Origin: a virus
Taxonomy: Duplodnaviria; Heunggongvirae; Uroviricota; Caudoviricetes
DNA length: 55,870 nucleotides
Direction: 5' to 3' (one strand)
IMG/VR virus record: IMGVR_UViG_3300011399_000002
Span: 1-55,870 of that record
The number at the start of each line of letters is the position of its first letter. The first letter of the stretch is position 1. The position numbers and the translations under genes are program-made. The notes beneath the pieces were generated by a model that saw only the letters and a list, made by a program, of their open reading frames with translations, ran no database searches and was not told where the DNA came from. This document shows, one piece after another, positions 33,738 to 43,657 of the stretch.

Positions 33738-35462
33738 ATGCCTAATGGTTTTAGTCAATCGGGAGCAACAATAAGAGTTAGCGGTATTACTCACCAATCT
33801 ATGAGTGCTATCGAAGCAGAAGCAGATAGTGGTAGGGTAAGACCGCCAGAATGGAATGATGATCACGTAGTTACAGGAGGATATCACGGTCAATACATGA
33901 TGCGTGATACTACAGCCGCAGTAGGTTGGAGTTTTGCAGGAGCAGGATCAGCATTTATTGGTGCCAAGGCTGTATACTCAACAACTCAAAATGTGTCTAC
34001 TACAGCAGCATTAACACTTGATACAGAGGAATTTGATACTGATAACTTTTGGAATAGTGGGGCCAATACACGTATGACTATTCCAGCAGGTTTGGGAGGA
34101 AAATATCTTTTAATAGCCAGAACGCATACTGCGGAAATAACTGCATCAGCACCGCAATCTGTTATCTGGCTTAGAAAGAACGGTGCAACAGTTATTTCTG
34201 GTTCGGGTGCTGGGGCTAATACTTCGGGAACACAAGATTTGAACTCTTATGAATATGTTAGTACATGCGTTGCTGATCTTGTCGCAGGAGAATATGTTGA
34301 AGTTATGGCATTTTCTACAACTTCTATTGCTTTTGGTCATGCAAACGATGAAATTGCTACAGCCTTTACAATAATTAAACTAGACTCAGGTAAAGTAGGT
34401 GGGGGTATTGGTGCTAAGGCTGTGAATACAGCCGGAACAAGCATTGCTAATAACACCGTAACGCCAATTCCTTATGCAGCAACCGATCTTTTCGACACAG
34501 ATAACTTCCATGATACTGTAACCAATAATACGCGGATGACTGTTCCAGCAGGATTGAGCGGAAAGTATCTAATTCAAGCACAAGTTACATGGAATGGTGT
34601 TCTTGGTACAACAAGCAGTTATGCGATCATTAAAAAGAATGGTACTATAGACTTAGCCTACGTCAGACCGATGGTAGTGTCATCTGGAACAGCGGAATCA
34701 TGGAATTTTTCGGCGGTTGATGATGGTGTAGCAGGAGATTATTACGAAATCCATGTCTGGCAAAACTCGGGTAGCGCAAAGACCCTTGAAGCAACCAGCC
34801 CATATAACTACTTCGCGGTTATGCGCCTTGATTCTGGCTCACAGACAAACAGCATTAAATTTCCAACTATATTACAACGAGCCCAAAATGAGGCTTCTAC
34901 AACAACAACAATTACCGCCACTATCGCTGCTGCTAATGCAGGACAAAGAATCATCTTGGGGGCATGGTCAACACTAGGAGATATAACATCAGTAGCATGT
35001 ACAAACGTCACATGGACACAAATGACTAATGGTAACTTCTCAACAACAGTTTATGCAGATATTTGGGTAGGAGTTGTTACCGCAACTAGCGGTACTACAA
35101 TCACTGTTACTAAAGGTTTAAGCGGAGGATTCATGGGTGTGGCTGTCGCTGTGGTTAATGACCTATTGACTCCAACTGCGGTACTAAGCACAAGTAGGAC
35201 TGGGACTGATGCTAACTATTTGTCAACCACAGTAGCCTCGTTAGAAGCACAAACCCATGTTGGAAAATTATTTGCTGCATTTGCAGGTTTAACTGACGGT
35301 ACTAACCCTGTATCTATTATAATAAATCAGCCGCATCTAACTGTATATGCAACTAGTTACGCATTACTTATTGGATATGTTTCAACGGGTGGAACGCTAA
35401 CATCGTGGTGTACAGGAACATCGGGCGCAGACTTTGTTAATGACTTGGTAATTATCTCTTAG
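33738..35462 (+). CDS. Receptor-binding/fibre protein with two tandem C1q/TNF-like domains
   Basis: Duplicated unit IGAKAV...FDTDNF...TRMT(I/V)PAGLxGKYL...GxY(V/Y)E...(K/R)LDSG plus a further beta domain. Confidence 0.7.
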   Translation: MPNGFSQSGATIRVSGITHQSMSAIEAEADSGRVRPPEWNDDHVVTGGYHGQYMMRDTTAAVGWSFAGAGSAFIGAKAVYSTTQNVSTTAALTLDTEEFDTDNFWNSGANTRMTIPAGLGGKYLLIARTHTAEITASAPQSVIWLRKNGATVISGSGAGANTSGTQDLNSYEYVSTCVADLVAGEYVEVMAFSTTSIAFGHANDEIATAFTIIKLDSGKVGGGIGAKAVNTAGTSIANNTVTPIPYAATDLFDTDNFHDTVTNNTRMTVPAGLSGKYLIQAQVTWNGVLGTTSSYAIIKKNGTIDLAYVRPMVVSSGTAESWNFSAVDDGVAGDYYEIHVWQNSGSAKTLEATSPYNYFAVMRLDSGSQTNSIKFPTILQRAQNEASTTTTITATIAAANAGQRIILGAWSTLGDITSVACTNVTWTQMTNGNFSTTVYADIWVGVVTATSGTTITVTKGLSGGFMGVAVAVVNDLLTPTAVLSTSRTGTDANYLSTTVASLEAQTHVGKLFAAFAGLTDGTNPVSIIINQPHLTVYATSYALLIGYVSTGGTLTSWCTGTSGADFVNDLVIIS

Positions 35463-35512
35463 TCAGAGTTAATACAATAACTCTAATCTAATACAATAGG
35501 TGGTGTAAACAC

Positions 35513-38500
35513 ATGGTATTCCAGAGCAATGCCTTTCAAAGCAATGCCTTCCAATCTGATGAAGAGAATGCCACGTATGTTCACGCCCAAGCACAAGCCA
35601 AGATTAACACCACTAGGGTCCATGCACAGTCTCAGGGCTGGATAGAGCAAACTTATAATGGTTTTGGTCAGGCACAGGCTACTCTAAAAACACCGCTTAG
35701 ATTTGCACAAGCACAAGCACGTCTAACAGATGAGTATGAGCAACTTATCATTAATGCCGCTCCAAACGGTTACTGGCCGCTAGAAGAACTCTCTGGTACA
35801 GTTGCTTATGGTTTAGTAGGACCAGATGGTACGTATACTGGTGCATTAACATTAGGCAATGCTACAACAATGCCCACAGGCTACTATCAGTACGCTATAT
35901 CAAACAACAATACATCTGGCAGATATGGTACTGTTACTCTAGCAGAAATTGCTAACACCTTCACTCTTGAAGGTTGGGCTAAACCCGCTAAAACAATTAC
36001 ATTAGCAACTGAATCTAACTCTGGTACCGGCGTAGGAACAAGTAATACCCAAAACTACATGTTCTACCCAACTCAGAAGGGTACCAATAGAGGTATAGGA
36101 GTATCAGTAGGAACAAACGGTATAGTTGTTGCTGCACACGGCGATGCAACTATTTGTTCTCTTGGTACCTATACGGGAACAATTAGTGGTGTGAATCACG
36201 TAGCAGTTGTTGTAAATGCTAAGGCAGTTACAATATACCTTAATGGCGTGCTGGTTAGAACAGGCTTAACATCGAGCGCAGCAAATGTTTATTCTCCAAC
36301 AACATTTGCTGGTGACGGTTCTGGCTATGGGATATTAAACGGACAATTATCCAACCTTGCTATCTACCCAACAGCACTATCTGCAACAGACATCCTTATT
36401 CATAGCAATGCAGGACGACCTAAAGGATTTGCTCAGGCAGGAGCATTAATCTATCGACTGCCTATGTTTGCACAGGCAACAGCCCTGATCGATTCTCCTA
36501 TTAAGAACGTATATGCCCAAGCACAAGCATGGATGCTGCACAGAGTTAGATTTGCGCAAGCAGCAGGGCATATAAAGGTTGCAACTATTCAATATGTGCA
36601 GCATAAAGAAGCAGGTATCTCAGACCTCAACCCTAAGCAAGTAACGTTTGATAATGCGCCTACACAGGGTAACTTGCTTGTAGCAATAATGACCCACCGT
36701 AACAGCGATACAGCGTCTACTCCTAGTGGTTGGACACTAATCGATAGAGAAGTTGGTGCTGGTAGTGGAAACAGCCCCATCTATATGTGGTACAAATTTG
36801 CTGGTGCGGGTGAAAGTGCTACAACGCCTGACTTTGCTGTAGGTAGACCAGTACGTCTTTCAGTAATAGAATTCTCTGGTGTAGGAAGATATGATAGTGA
36901 GATTGGATTAACTTTCCAAAGTGCTTCTGCAACTCCAACTATTTCGGGCCTCTCACCAACATCAGCAGTAGAAACATTGCTGGTTGCAGGATTTGCAGTT
37001 GATCTTGCTGACTCTGAGCATGATGGCTTTACTCCGGGTACTAACTATGTAGAAATTATGGATGGTAAGGTTGGTACTGGTACTGAATCTCCGCGTGGTG
37101 TAGGAGAGTATCGAATTGCTTTAGTTGCAGGGCCATTCTCTGCATCAGTATCTACAACTCTGTCTCGTAACTGGGGCGGAATACTTGCTGCATTCCTACC
37201 AGCCGCTACGTCTAAGAGTGGACAGGCTAATGCTTTAATCGACTCACCAATCAAAGTACAATTTGCGCAAGCAAATGCTTGGGTTATTCCAACAACCCAA
37301 GTTGCTCAGGCAATGGCTACGCTAAAGACACCAATACGAGCAGCACAGGCACAAGCATACATTGATCAAAGAATTCGTCTAGTACAGTGGGCTACTGCAC
37401 ATCAAGGTAATGACCTTGCAGCACCTACTGTAACATTATCTGCTACCCCAACACCGGGTAACATGATTATCGCTTATGCGATTGCTAGAGGATTTGGCGA
37501 TAATTATAGTTGGACTACAGACGGATTAACGGAAGTTTCCGACGATTTTGCTGGTCAGGGGTTTGATGGAGGCCACTCTTCAATTGCCTATCGTATTGTA
37601 CAGGCTGGGGACGATGCAACATATACCGCTAATCCCAATACCCTAGGTGCAGGTAGAACCTCAGATATTCTTGTAACTGAATGGACAGGATTAAAGGGTC
37701 CAGCATTATATAATACTCAGTCAGGATTAAGCGCAACATCAAGTATGTCTGCTGGACCTGTCACAACAGGTCTTGGTCCAAGACTTATCTTTGCTGGTGT
37801 CAATGCTTCATCTAGACTTCCTAACCATACATGGGGATCGGGGTTCACAAATCTAGGCGGGACTCTTTGGGCTAACGGTTCTGGTCCTGCGGGTAGTGTA
37901 GGCTACAAGATTATAAACGGTACTGGCGGAACAGAGACAGCCACAGTCAGTTCAGATCAGAGCGATACTTACGGGTATCTAATCATCGACTTTGGTAGCC
38001 CGACTATTCAATTTGGTCTGGCTATGGCTTCTATTCTGGCCCTTACCAGTAACTACGGTCATGCCCAAGCAAATGCATCTATAAAGCAAACATACTATAA
38101 ACATGCACAGGCACAGGCATCTATTGTTTACAAGCGATGGGGACATAGCCAAGCACAGGCTATGCTTATAGGTATTGGAAAAAGTCACGCTATTTGTATG
38201 GCCTTCATTCGAAGACCTAACGGATTAGCACAGGCACAAGCCACAATATTTACCTACACAGGTAAATATGCACAAGCGAGAGCAGTAGTTAAGTTACCGG
38301 AGTGGCAACTAGCACAAGCACAAGCGCATATTTATACAACAAGTCATGGCTTTGCTCAGGCATTAGCGTTGATGAATCAATACTGGGCTTGGGGGCAAGC
38401 AGAAGGATCAATCAAGGCTACAGTAAATGCACATGCACAAGCACAGGGAGAGGTTAGATTCTCTGGAGCCCACGGCAATGCAATGGCCTTCATTGATAAA

Positions 38501-39520
38501 TTTGAGGGCTTTGCACAGGCACAGGGTCGTATCCTTGCCGCACTATTAAGTAGATGTGCACAAGCACAGGCACGCATAGTTAAAACTTGGCGAGCCTACG
38601 GACAGGCTATGGCTATGATTGAACAAACACAATCATTTGGATATGGTCAATGCAACGCCTTAATCAACGGACGATCTGCTTGTGGACAAGCGGAAGCATA
38701 CATAGGTCCAGTAAGAATGGCACATGCGCAAGCAGAAGCCTTCATCTTCGATAGACCTAGAGCATGGGCTCAGGCTCAGGCTCAGATTAGTAGACAAGAT
38801 TTCTGGCTTAGATATGGCACTTACACGTTACCGGGATATCTACAGCAAGAAAATTCTGACAGCGGTAACAGATTAACTGCCCATGAAGGTCCATTCAAGG
38901 ACGGTTCATTAAGTGAGGATTTGGGTCTGTCTAATAAGAGTCTTAACCTACGGTTTAAGTTGTTAGGTGAAACCTATGATGACCTAAAGACCGAAGTATT
39001 CAAGGCTGGATCAATCCTACGAAGCACAAGGGGAAGATATGAGAAATTATACCTTACTAACCTTGATCGATACTATCTAGTAAGACCAAAGACTATTAGC
39101 ATGCACTCAAATGCAGCGGATGGTGCTTTAAGAACACTAGAGTATGAGGTAGAATTTGATGCAAAGCCACACATTTATACCGATGTTAGCCACACAATAG
39201 TAGGAGCAGGAAATATTGATACAGGGATTAGACCTATAAGCGAGGGTGGCTGGACACCAGCAAGAATCACTGTAACAGGTACAAATGTTACAGTGTCAGG
39301 ATACACAGAGTACAACGAATTCACTGGGTACTTTGCAGTATCGGGCGCAGTAACAAACCTTGTAATTGATTCAGATACTTATACAGCAACTACAAATGGA
39401 CAAAATAAAAACAATCTAATGAGAAACTTAGACTACACGATCTACGTGGGACCGGGAAGAACATACTTTGCGGTAAGTGGAGCAAGTAATATCGAAGTTA
39501 CATGGAGCAATAGGTGGTAA
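35513..39520 (+). CDS. AQAQA-repeat fibre with LamG and two beta-sandwich domains, fused to a C-terminal Dit paralog
   Basis: LamG segment (GYWPLEE...FTLEGWAK...NHVAVV...IYLNG...LAIYPTALS); last ~255 aa align by eye with 32954-33724 (TLPGY.Q.E..DS, LGL.NK.L.L, LRS.R, DRYY, GGWT). Confidence 0.75.
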   Translation: MVFQSNAFQSNAFQSDEENATYVHAQAQAKINTTRVHAQSQGWIEQTYNGFGQAQATLKTPLRFAQAQARLTDEYEQLIINAAPNGYWPLEELSGTVAYGLVGPDGTYTGALTLGNATTMPTGYYQYAISNNNTSGRYGTVTLAEIANTFTLEGWAKPAKTITLATESNSGTGVGTSNTQNYMFYPTQKGTNRGIGVSVGTNGIVVAAHGDATICSLGTYTGTISGVNHVAVVVNAKAVTIYLNGVLVRTGLTSSAANVYSPTTFAGDGSGYGILNGQLSNLAIYPTALSATDILIHSNAGRPKGFAQAGALIYRLPMFAQATALIDSPIKNVYAQAQAWMLHRVRFAQAAGHIKVATIQYVQHKEAGISDLNPKQVTFDNAPTQGNLLVAIMTHRNSDTASTPSGWTLIDREVGAGSGNSPIYMWYKFAGAGESATTPDFAVGRPVRLSVIEFSGVGRYDSEIGLTFQSASATPTISGLSPTSAVETLLVAGFAVDLADSEHDGFTPGTNYVEIMDGKVGTGTESPRGVGEYRIALVAGPFSASVSTTLSRNWGGILAAFLPAATSKSGQANALIDSPIKVQFAQANAWVIPTTQVAQAMATLKTPIRAAQAQAYIDQRIRLVQWATAHQGNDLAAPTVTLSATPTPGNMIIAYAIARGFGDNYSWTTDGLTEVSDDFAGQGFDGGHSSIAYRIVQAGDDATYTANPNTLGAGRTSDILVTEWTGLKGPALYNTQSGLSATSSMSAGPVTTGLGPRLIFAGVNASSRLPNHTWGSGFTNLGGTLWANGSGPAGSVGYKIINGTGGTETATVSSDQSDTYGYLIIDFGSPTIQFGLAMASILALTSNYGHAQANASIKQTYYKHAQAQASIVYKRWGHSQAQAMLIGIGKSHAICMAFIRRPNGLAQAQATIFTYTGKYAQARAVVKLPEWQLAQAQAHIYTTSHGFAQALALMNQYWAWGQAEGSIKATVNAHAQAQGEVRFSGAHGNAMAFIDKFEGFAQAQGRILAALLSRCAQAQARIVKTWRAYGQAMAMIEQTQSFGYGQCNALINGRSACGQAEAYIGPVRMAHAQAEAFIFDRPRAWAQAQAQISRQDFWLRYGTYTLPGYLQQENSDSGNRLTAHEGPFKDGSLSEDLGLSNKSLNLRFKLLGETYDDLKTEVFKAGSILRSTRGRYEKLYLTNLDRYYLVRPKTISMHSNAADGALRTLEYEVEFDAKPHIYTDVSHTIVGAGNIDTGIRPISEGGWTPARITVTGTNVTVSGYTEYNEFTGYFAVSGAVTNLVIDSDTYTATTNGQNKNNLMRNLDYTIYVGPGRTYFAVSGASNIEVTWSNRW

Positions 39521-39524
39521 AGGA

Positions 39525-42500
39525 ATGTTATTAATAAAAATTACAGAGAGCGATGGAAGTGATCCAGTCATTCTCCACGGTACAGAGTCAAGAGAGTATT
39601 CAAAGTCTCTTAACTCTCCTGATGAGGGGTTAACTTTTGAAATCTCTAAAAATGATCCCAAGGCTGATGTTGTTAACCCATATAATGAGACTAGCTATAC
39701 GCGCTTTTGGGAAGTATGGGAAACATCTACCAATACAAGGCTTAACTTCGGACCTATTACTAGCATAGAAGATCAGGGGCAGAACTATCGAGTTACAGGC
39801 TCAGGTAGGTCTGCCCTGTTGTCTGACCATTTTCAAACATTAAAGACCTTCTATGGAAGAATTGATTCTATTGTAGATGAAATTAGATTTGAAAATATAG
39901 CAACCTCACCATCTACTGTAACACTTGTTAACAACATGGATGAGGATGACACGGATAACGCTCAGTTCTTTCCTATGGCTAACATCAATAGTAAGTATTG
40001 GAATCTTAGTAAGCGGTCTAAGGACTTTGCTATTGATGATGAAACAAACTATATTCCACTAGGTAAGATAGAGCCACCAAGAACATTCAGTACCACATCA
40101 CAGTATTGGACAGGCATGAGCCACAACGATGCCCTGTGGTTAGACTTCGGAGATACCTACCAGATCGATAAGATCAAGGTACTCTTTCCGTGGTGGGGCG
40201 GGCCGCAGAGATTATCAAACCGAACCTATGACTTTAGAATTAGATATGCTACAGATACTCCTACATATGACTTCCAAGGTAGGGACGCATCGGAGCCCGT
40301 TGAATTGTGGGATTCCAACGACCAGTTTGGAGAAAATAGAATTGTAACTGTGCCCTCACGTCCTATGACTTGGTATATAGGTGCTACATTAAGTGGTACT
40401 GGTACAGAATTAAATACATTCTACATGCAGCCACATAGAACTACACCACTAGAGTTTAGGTATCTACAGGTAGCCATTCAAGATGTACATGCTTGGTATG
40501 GTACTGAGTTTGATAGACAGCCATCCCACGATGGCTTTGACTTTCAATGCGATCCATACTACGAGCCGGGGGATGACTCATACTTTGGTAACACTATTGG
40601 TACAATGACGTATCGAAAGAATGGCAATCTAAAGAAGAGATTCATACCGGATGAGGTAATCAAGCCCTCCAACGACTGCCATGCATCGATTGTGGAAATT
40701 GGGGCATATAAGCAGATCGTTGAGAAGCGATCAGTTAAGCCTCTAGCCTTACAGCGTATCGATAACAACAACAGACAGATAACTTACTCCCGTGTACCTG
40801 ATGCATCTGAAATGAAGCGTCATACCTACGACGGTAAGGTATATCGTAAGTTTGAGCCGGGAACATTCTTTAGAAAGTTTACTATAGACTGGGCCTCTGC
40901 TAACAATACATTCACCAAGTTTTATAAGGACGATTGTGATGATTGCTATTCAGCAGGATTTAGTTTCGGTGTTGTAGATGATGATAACTCCTTGATCTAC
41001 AGAAGTGATAGTGCTTCTGGCACTAGTTCAGTACGAGGTAAACAAAATACTAAGCATATAATCACACGCGGTACTTCTGATGTGGAAGTTACTCTAGTGG
41101 ATGCATGGAAAGGCAAGACTGATCCTCTATCATGGGGCGGTTCCTATTCCTACACAGAGAAAACTGGGGATTACTTTGTTGTTCACTTTAGAGGGCAATC
41201 CTTTAAATGGTATGCTACGATTCCTGCAAACAAGACAGGAGCAACAGTTAAAATAGAGAAGAGAATTAAAGCACTAGGCCAAAGACAAGGCTACGGATCG
41301 ATAGCTGCTAACTTTTGGGGCGTATGGGAAACACTTGAAGCCTCCCTTACGTTGCCTAATGACATAAGTAATGAAGTTGTTTATGAAATCCCTTACGGAA
41401 GTAGCGAGTTACTTGCTAATAGAGTCTATGAAATCAGAATTACACTCCTTGACGATAACTATGCTTCCGTGGATTCAATAGAGGGCTATTGGTCAGCCTC
41501 ATTCACTGAGTATAACGAAGACAGTAACAGAATTAGACTAAGTAAGCCGGATAAATTTACTCAAATTTATAACAAGAAGTTTTCTGGTGGTTCCATGTAC
41601 AAATGGAATACAAAGGGAGCAAGTGCTTCTATCCAGTTTGAGGGGGATAGAATAATTATTGCTTCGGCTAAGGGAAGAAATCACGGTAGGATACGTATAC
41701 TTCTCTTCCAAGCGGTGGAGGGTTCATACGAGTATGATCCCGGTGAGTCTAACCATATCTATATTCCGGGTGGAAGTGCTAACGGTAGCCTAGAGGTCGA
41801 TCTTGATACAGGGCAGGTAGGTCAAGAGTTTCCTAACTACATTGCCTTTGATAGCAATGATTATTTCACAGATGGTCTACCTTGGGGTAAATATACAGCA
41901 CTCATCAGTCTACAAAACACTGATCAATATACTACAAGCAAGTATGAAACAGGATCAGATACATTCAAGTATCGATGCCAGTCCTGCGACCCTAAGACTG
42001 GTACACAACGAGAGATTAATAAGTATGTATACTTAGACTCTATCGGGGTGCATGAATTAGTAGGACTATCAGTTAACTTTGATCAAGAATCTCATCTAAA
42101 TATACTACAGTCTGTTGCGGAGGCCATTCAAGTTGAGTGGGACGTATCAGAAAGTGGCTTGATGCTTGAACCTAGACTTGGAAGCGATACATACATTGCT
42201 CTACGAGAAGGTGAAAATACTCTGGTCAATTTCCAGATCGCTAACGACTTTAGTAAGGTAGCAACTAAACTTCTATCCTATGGTACAGCCATTGATGGTA
42301 TTGATATGTTCTCTATCACTGAGGACAAGCGATCAAAGCGACTATTTGGTAGAACAATCACTAGACAAAACGACTTCCGTGATATTGGAAGTTATCAGCA
42401 ACTAATTGGTTTATCAAGAACGGAATTAAAGAGAAGGAATAGACCGGAGAGAAGAATAACTGTAACTCATACAGCAACTAATCTTGACTTAGAGAGAGGG

Positions 42501-42629
42501 GACTCGTTTGTACTCTGGACGCGCAAGGCAGGGGAAATACGAGTGCGCATTCAAAATATACGAATCTCAGAATCCTCTTCTGGTAGAGTATATACAATGG
42601 AGTGTGTAGAATGGCCTCAGATAACCTAA
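39525..42629 (+). CDS. Tail tip hub (Tal-like) with inserted carbohydrate-binding-like domains
   Basis: Start re-set to ATG 39525. Hub-like termini; discoidin-like LWLDFGDTYQIDKIKV; two related HFRG/FEGD modules. Confidence 0.62.
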   Translation: MLLIKITESDGSDPVILHGTESREYSKSLNSPDEGLTFEISKNDPKADVVNPYNETSYTRFWEVWETSTNTRLNFGPITSIEDQGQNYRVTGSGRSALLSDHFQTLKTFYGRIDSIVDEIRFENIATSPSTVTLVNNMDEDDTDNAQFFPMANINSKYWNLSKRSKDFAIDDETNYIPLGKIEPPRTFSTTSQYWTGMSHNDALWLDFGDTYQIDKIKVLFPWWGGPQRLSNRTYDFRIRYATDTPTYDFQGRDASEPVELWDSNDQFGENRIVTVPSRPMTWYIGATLSGTGTELNTFYMQPHRTTPLEFRYLQVAIQDVHAWYGTEFDRQPSHDGFDFQCDPYYEPGDDSYFGNTIGTMTYRKNGNLKKRFIPDEVIKPSNDCHASIVEIGAYKQIVEKRSVKPLALQRIDNNNRQITYSRVPDASEMKRHTYDGKVYRKFEPGTFFRKFTIDWASANNTFTKFYKDDCDDCYSAGFSFGVVDDDNSLIYRSDSASGTSSVRGKQNTKHIITRGTSDVEVTLVDAWKGKTDPLSWGGSYSYTEKTGDYFVVHFRGQSFKWYATIPANKTGATVKIEKRIKALGQRQGYGSIAANFWGVWETLEASLTLPNDISNEVVYEIPYGSSELLANRVYEIRITLLDDNYASVDSIEGYWSASFTEYNEDSNRIRLSKPDKFTQIYNKKFSGGSMYKWNTKGASASIQFEGDRIIIASAKGRNHGRIRILLFQAVEGSYEYDPGESNHIYIPGGSANGSLEVDLDTGQVGQEFPNYIAFDSNDYFTDGLPWGKYTALISLQNTDQYTTSKYETGSDTFKYRCQSCDPKTGTQREINKYVYLDSIGVHELVGLSVNFDQESHLNILQSVAEAIQVEWDVSESGLMLEPRLGSDTYIALREGENTLVNFQIANDFSKVATKLLSYGTAIDGIDMFSITEDKRSKRLFGRTITRQNDFRDIGSYQQLIGLSRTELKRRNRPERRITVTHTATNLDLERGDSFVLWTRKAGEIRVRIQNIRISESSSGRVYTMECVEWPQIT

Positions 42630-43657
42630 ACGAAGTAGGAAGATATATAAAGAACAGCGGGGATGCAGCAGAGCGGGCGCTTAAAAAGCAGAAGCCTACT
42701 CGTCCCTCTGTAGAAAGAACTAGGGATATATTCGATGCGGATATTCCATTTGAAATGTTTTTCACAGTGGAACCAACACAGAAGAGTGTATCCCTAGACT
42801 TAGAATTTAACAAACCTCCCCCGATGAGTGGGTGTAGAACAGGATCAGATGTTAAGCCGCACTGTGAGGAATTCACACTCCCTGCGGGTGATCATGAGAT
42901 TCAACTATCACACGCTGCTAAAACAGGGAGCATAACGGTCTTTGTTAACGGAGCAACCTACTCCCCCTTACTGTGGGAAGTTATTTCTTATGGTGTTCTT
43001 GATGAGGAACCCGCATCTATCATGGTGTACCAGTTGCCATTGGAAACAAACACAGTCTCAGTTTGCTACATAGAGCCAGTAACTCTTTACTATACTGGAA
43101 GTGCGTTTGCTGAATTACTGGCCTCCAATGATTTTGGTTCAGGTGGAGCGGGACAATACCTTGCATTTTCATTTACAGGTGATAACCCCGGAGCAGGGTG
43201 GGCAGGGTATGGAAAAGTAGGTCCAGTAGAATATGGACCAGTAGATTATACTGGCGGAACTAACTACTCTAGTATTGAAGTAACTGCAAGCATGGTAATA
43301 AGAATTAATCTTGTCATGGGCTGGTCTACTGTTATTAGTAGGGCGACAGGAGCGACTGTAACAGTTAAAGTATGCATAGTACGTGGCTGTTCGGTTGTCC
43401 AAGAGTTAACAGAACAGGCTGTATTTCCCGGTGGTGGAAGTGGGTTAAGTGGATGGGTTAGTGGGTTAACACTAGACCGACACGATATAGAAGTTTTAGC
43501 CGGTGATAAAATTATGGTTAAAACAGTTTGTGGTACACAACTATCAGGAAATACTGGATTCTTAATTGGTGGCTACGAAGCAGGATCAAACGGTACATGG
43601 CTAAGAATCGGTAGAGGAACACATAACTTATTCCAAGGAATATGGACGGGACCTTAA
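42611..43657 (+). CDS. Receptor-binding protein 1 (shared N-terminal anchor)
   Basis: Start re-set to ATG 42611; first ~70 aa paralogous to the next gene; C-terminal TNF/C1q-like beta domain. Confidence 0.6.
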   Translation: MASDNLNEVGRYIKNSGDAAERALKKQKPTRPSVERTRDIFDADIPFEMFFTVEPTQKSVSLDLEFNKPPPMSGCRTGSDVKPHCEEFTLPAGDHEIQLSHAAKTGSITVFVNGATYSPLLWEVISYGVLDEEPASIMVYQLPLETNTVSVCYIEPVTLYYTGSAFAELLASNDFGSGGAGQYLAFSFTGDNPGAGWAGYGKVGPVEYGPVDYTGGTNYSSIEVTASMVIRINLVMGWSTVISRATGATVTVKVCIVRGCSVVQELTEQAVFPGGGSGLSGWVSGLTLDRHDIEVLAGDKIMVKTVCGTQLSGNTGFLIGGYEAGSNGTWLRIGRGTHNLFQGIWTGP

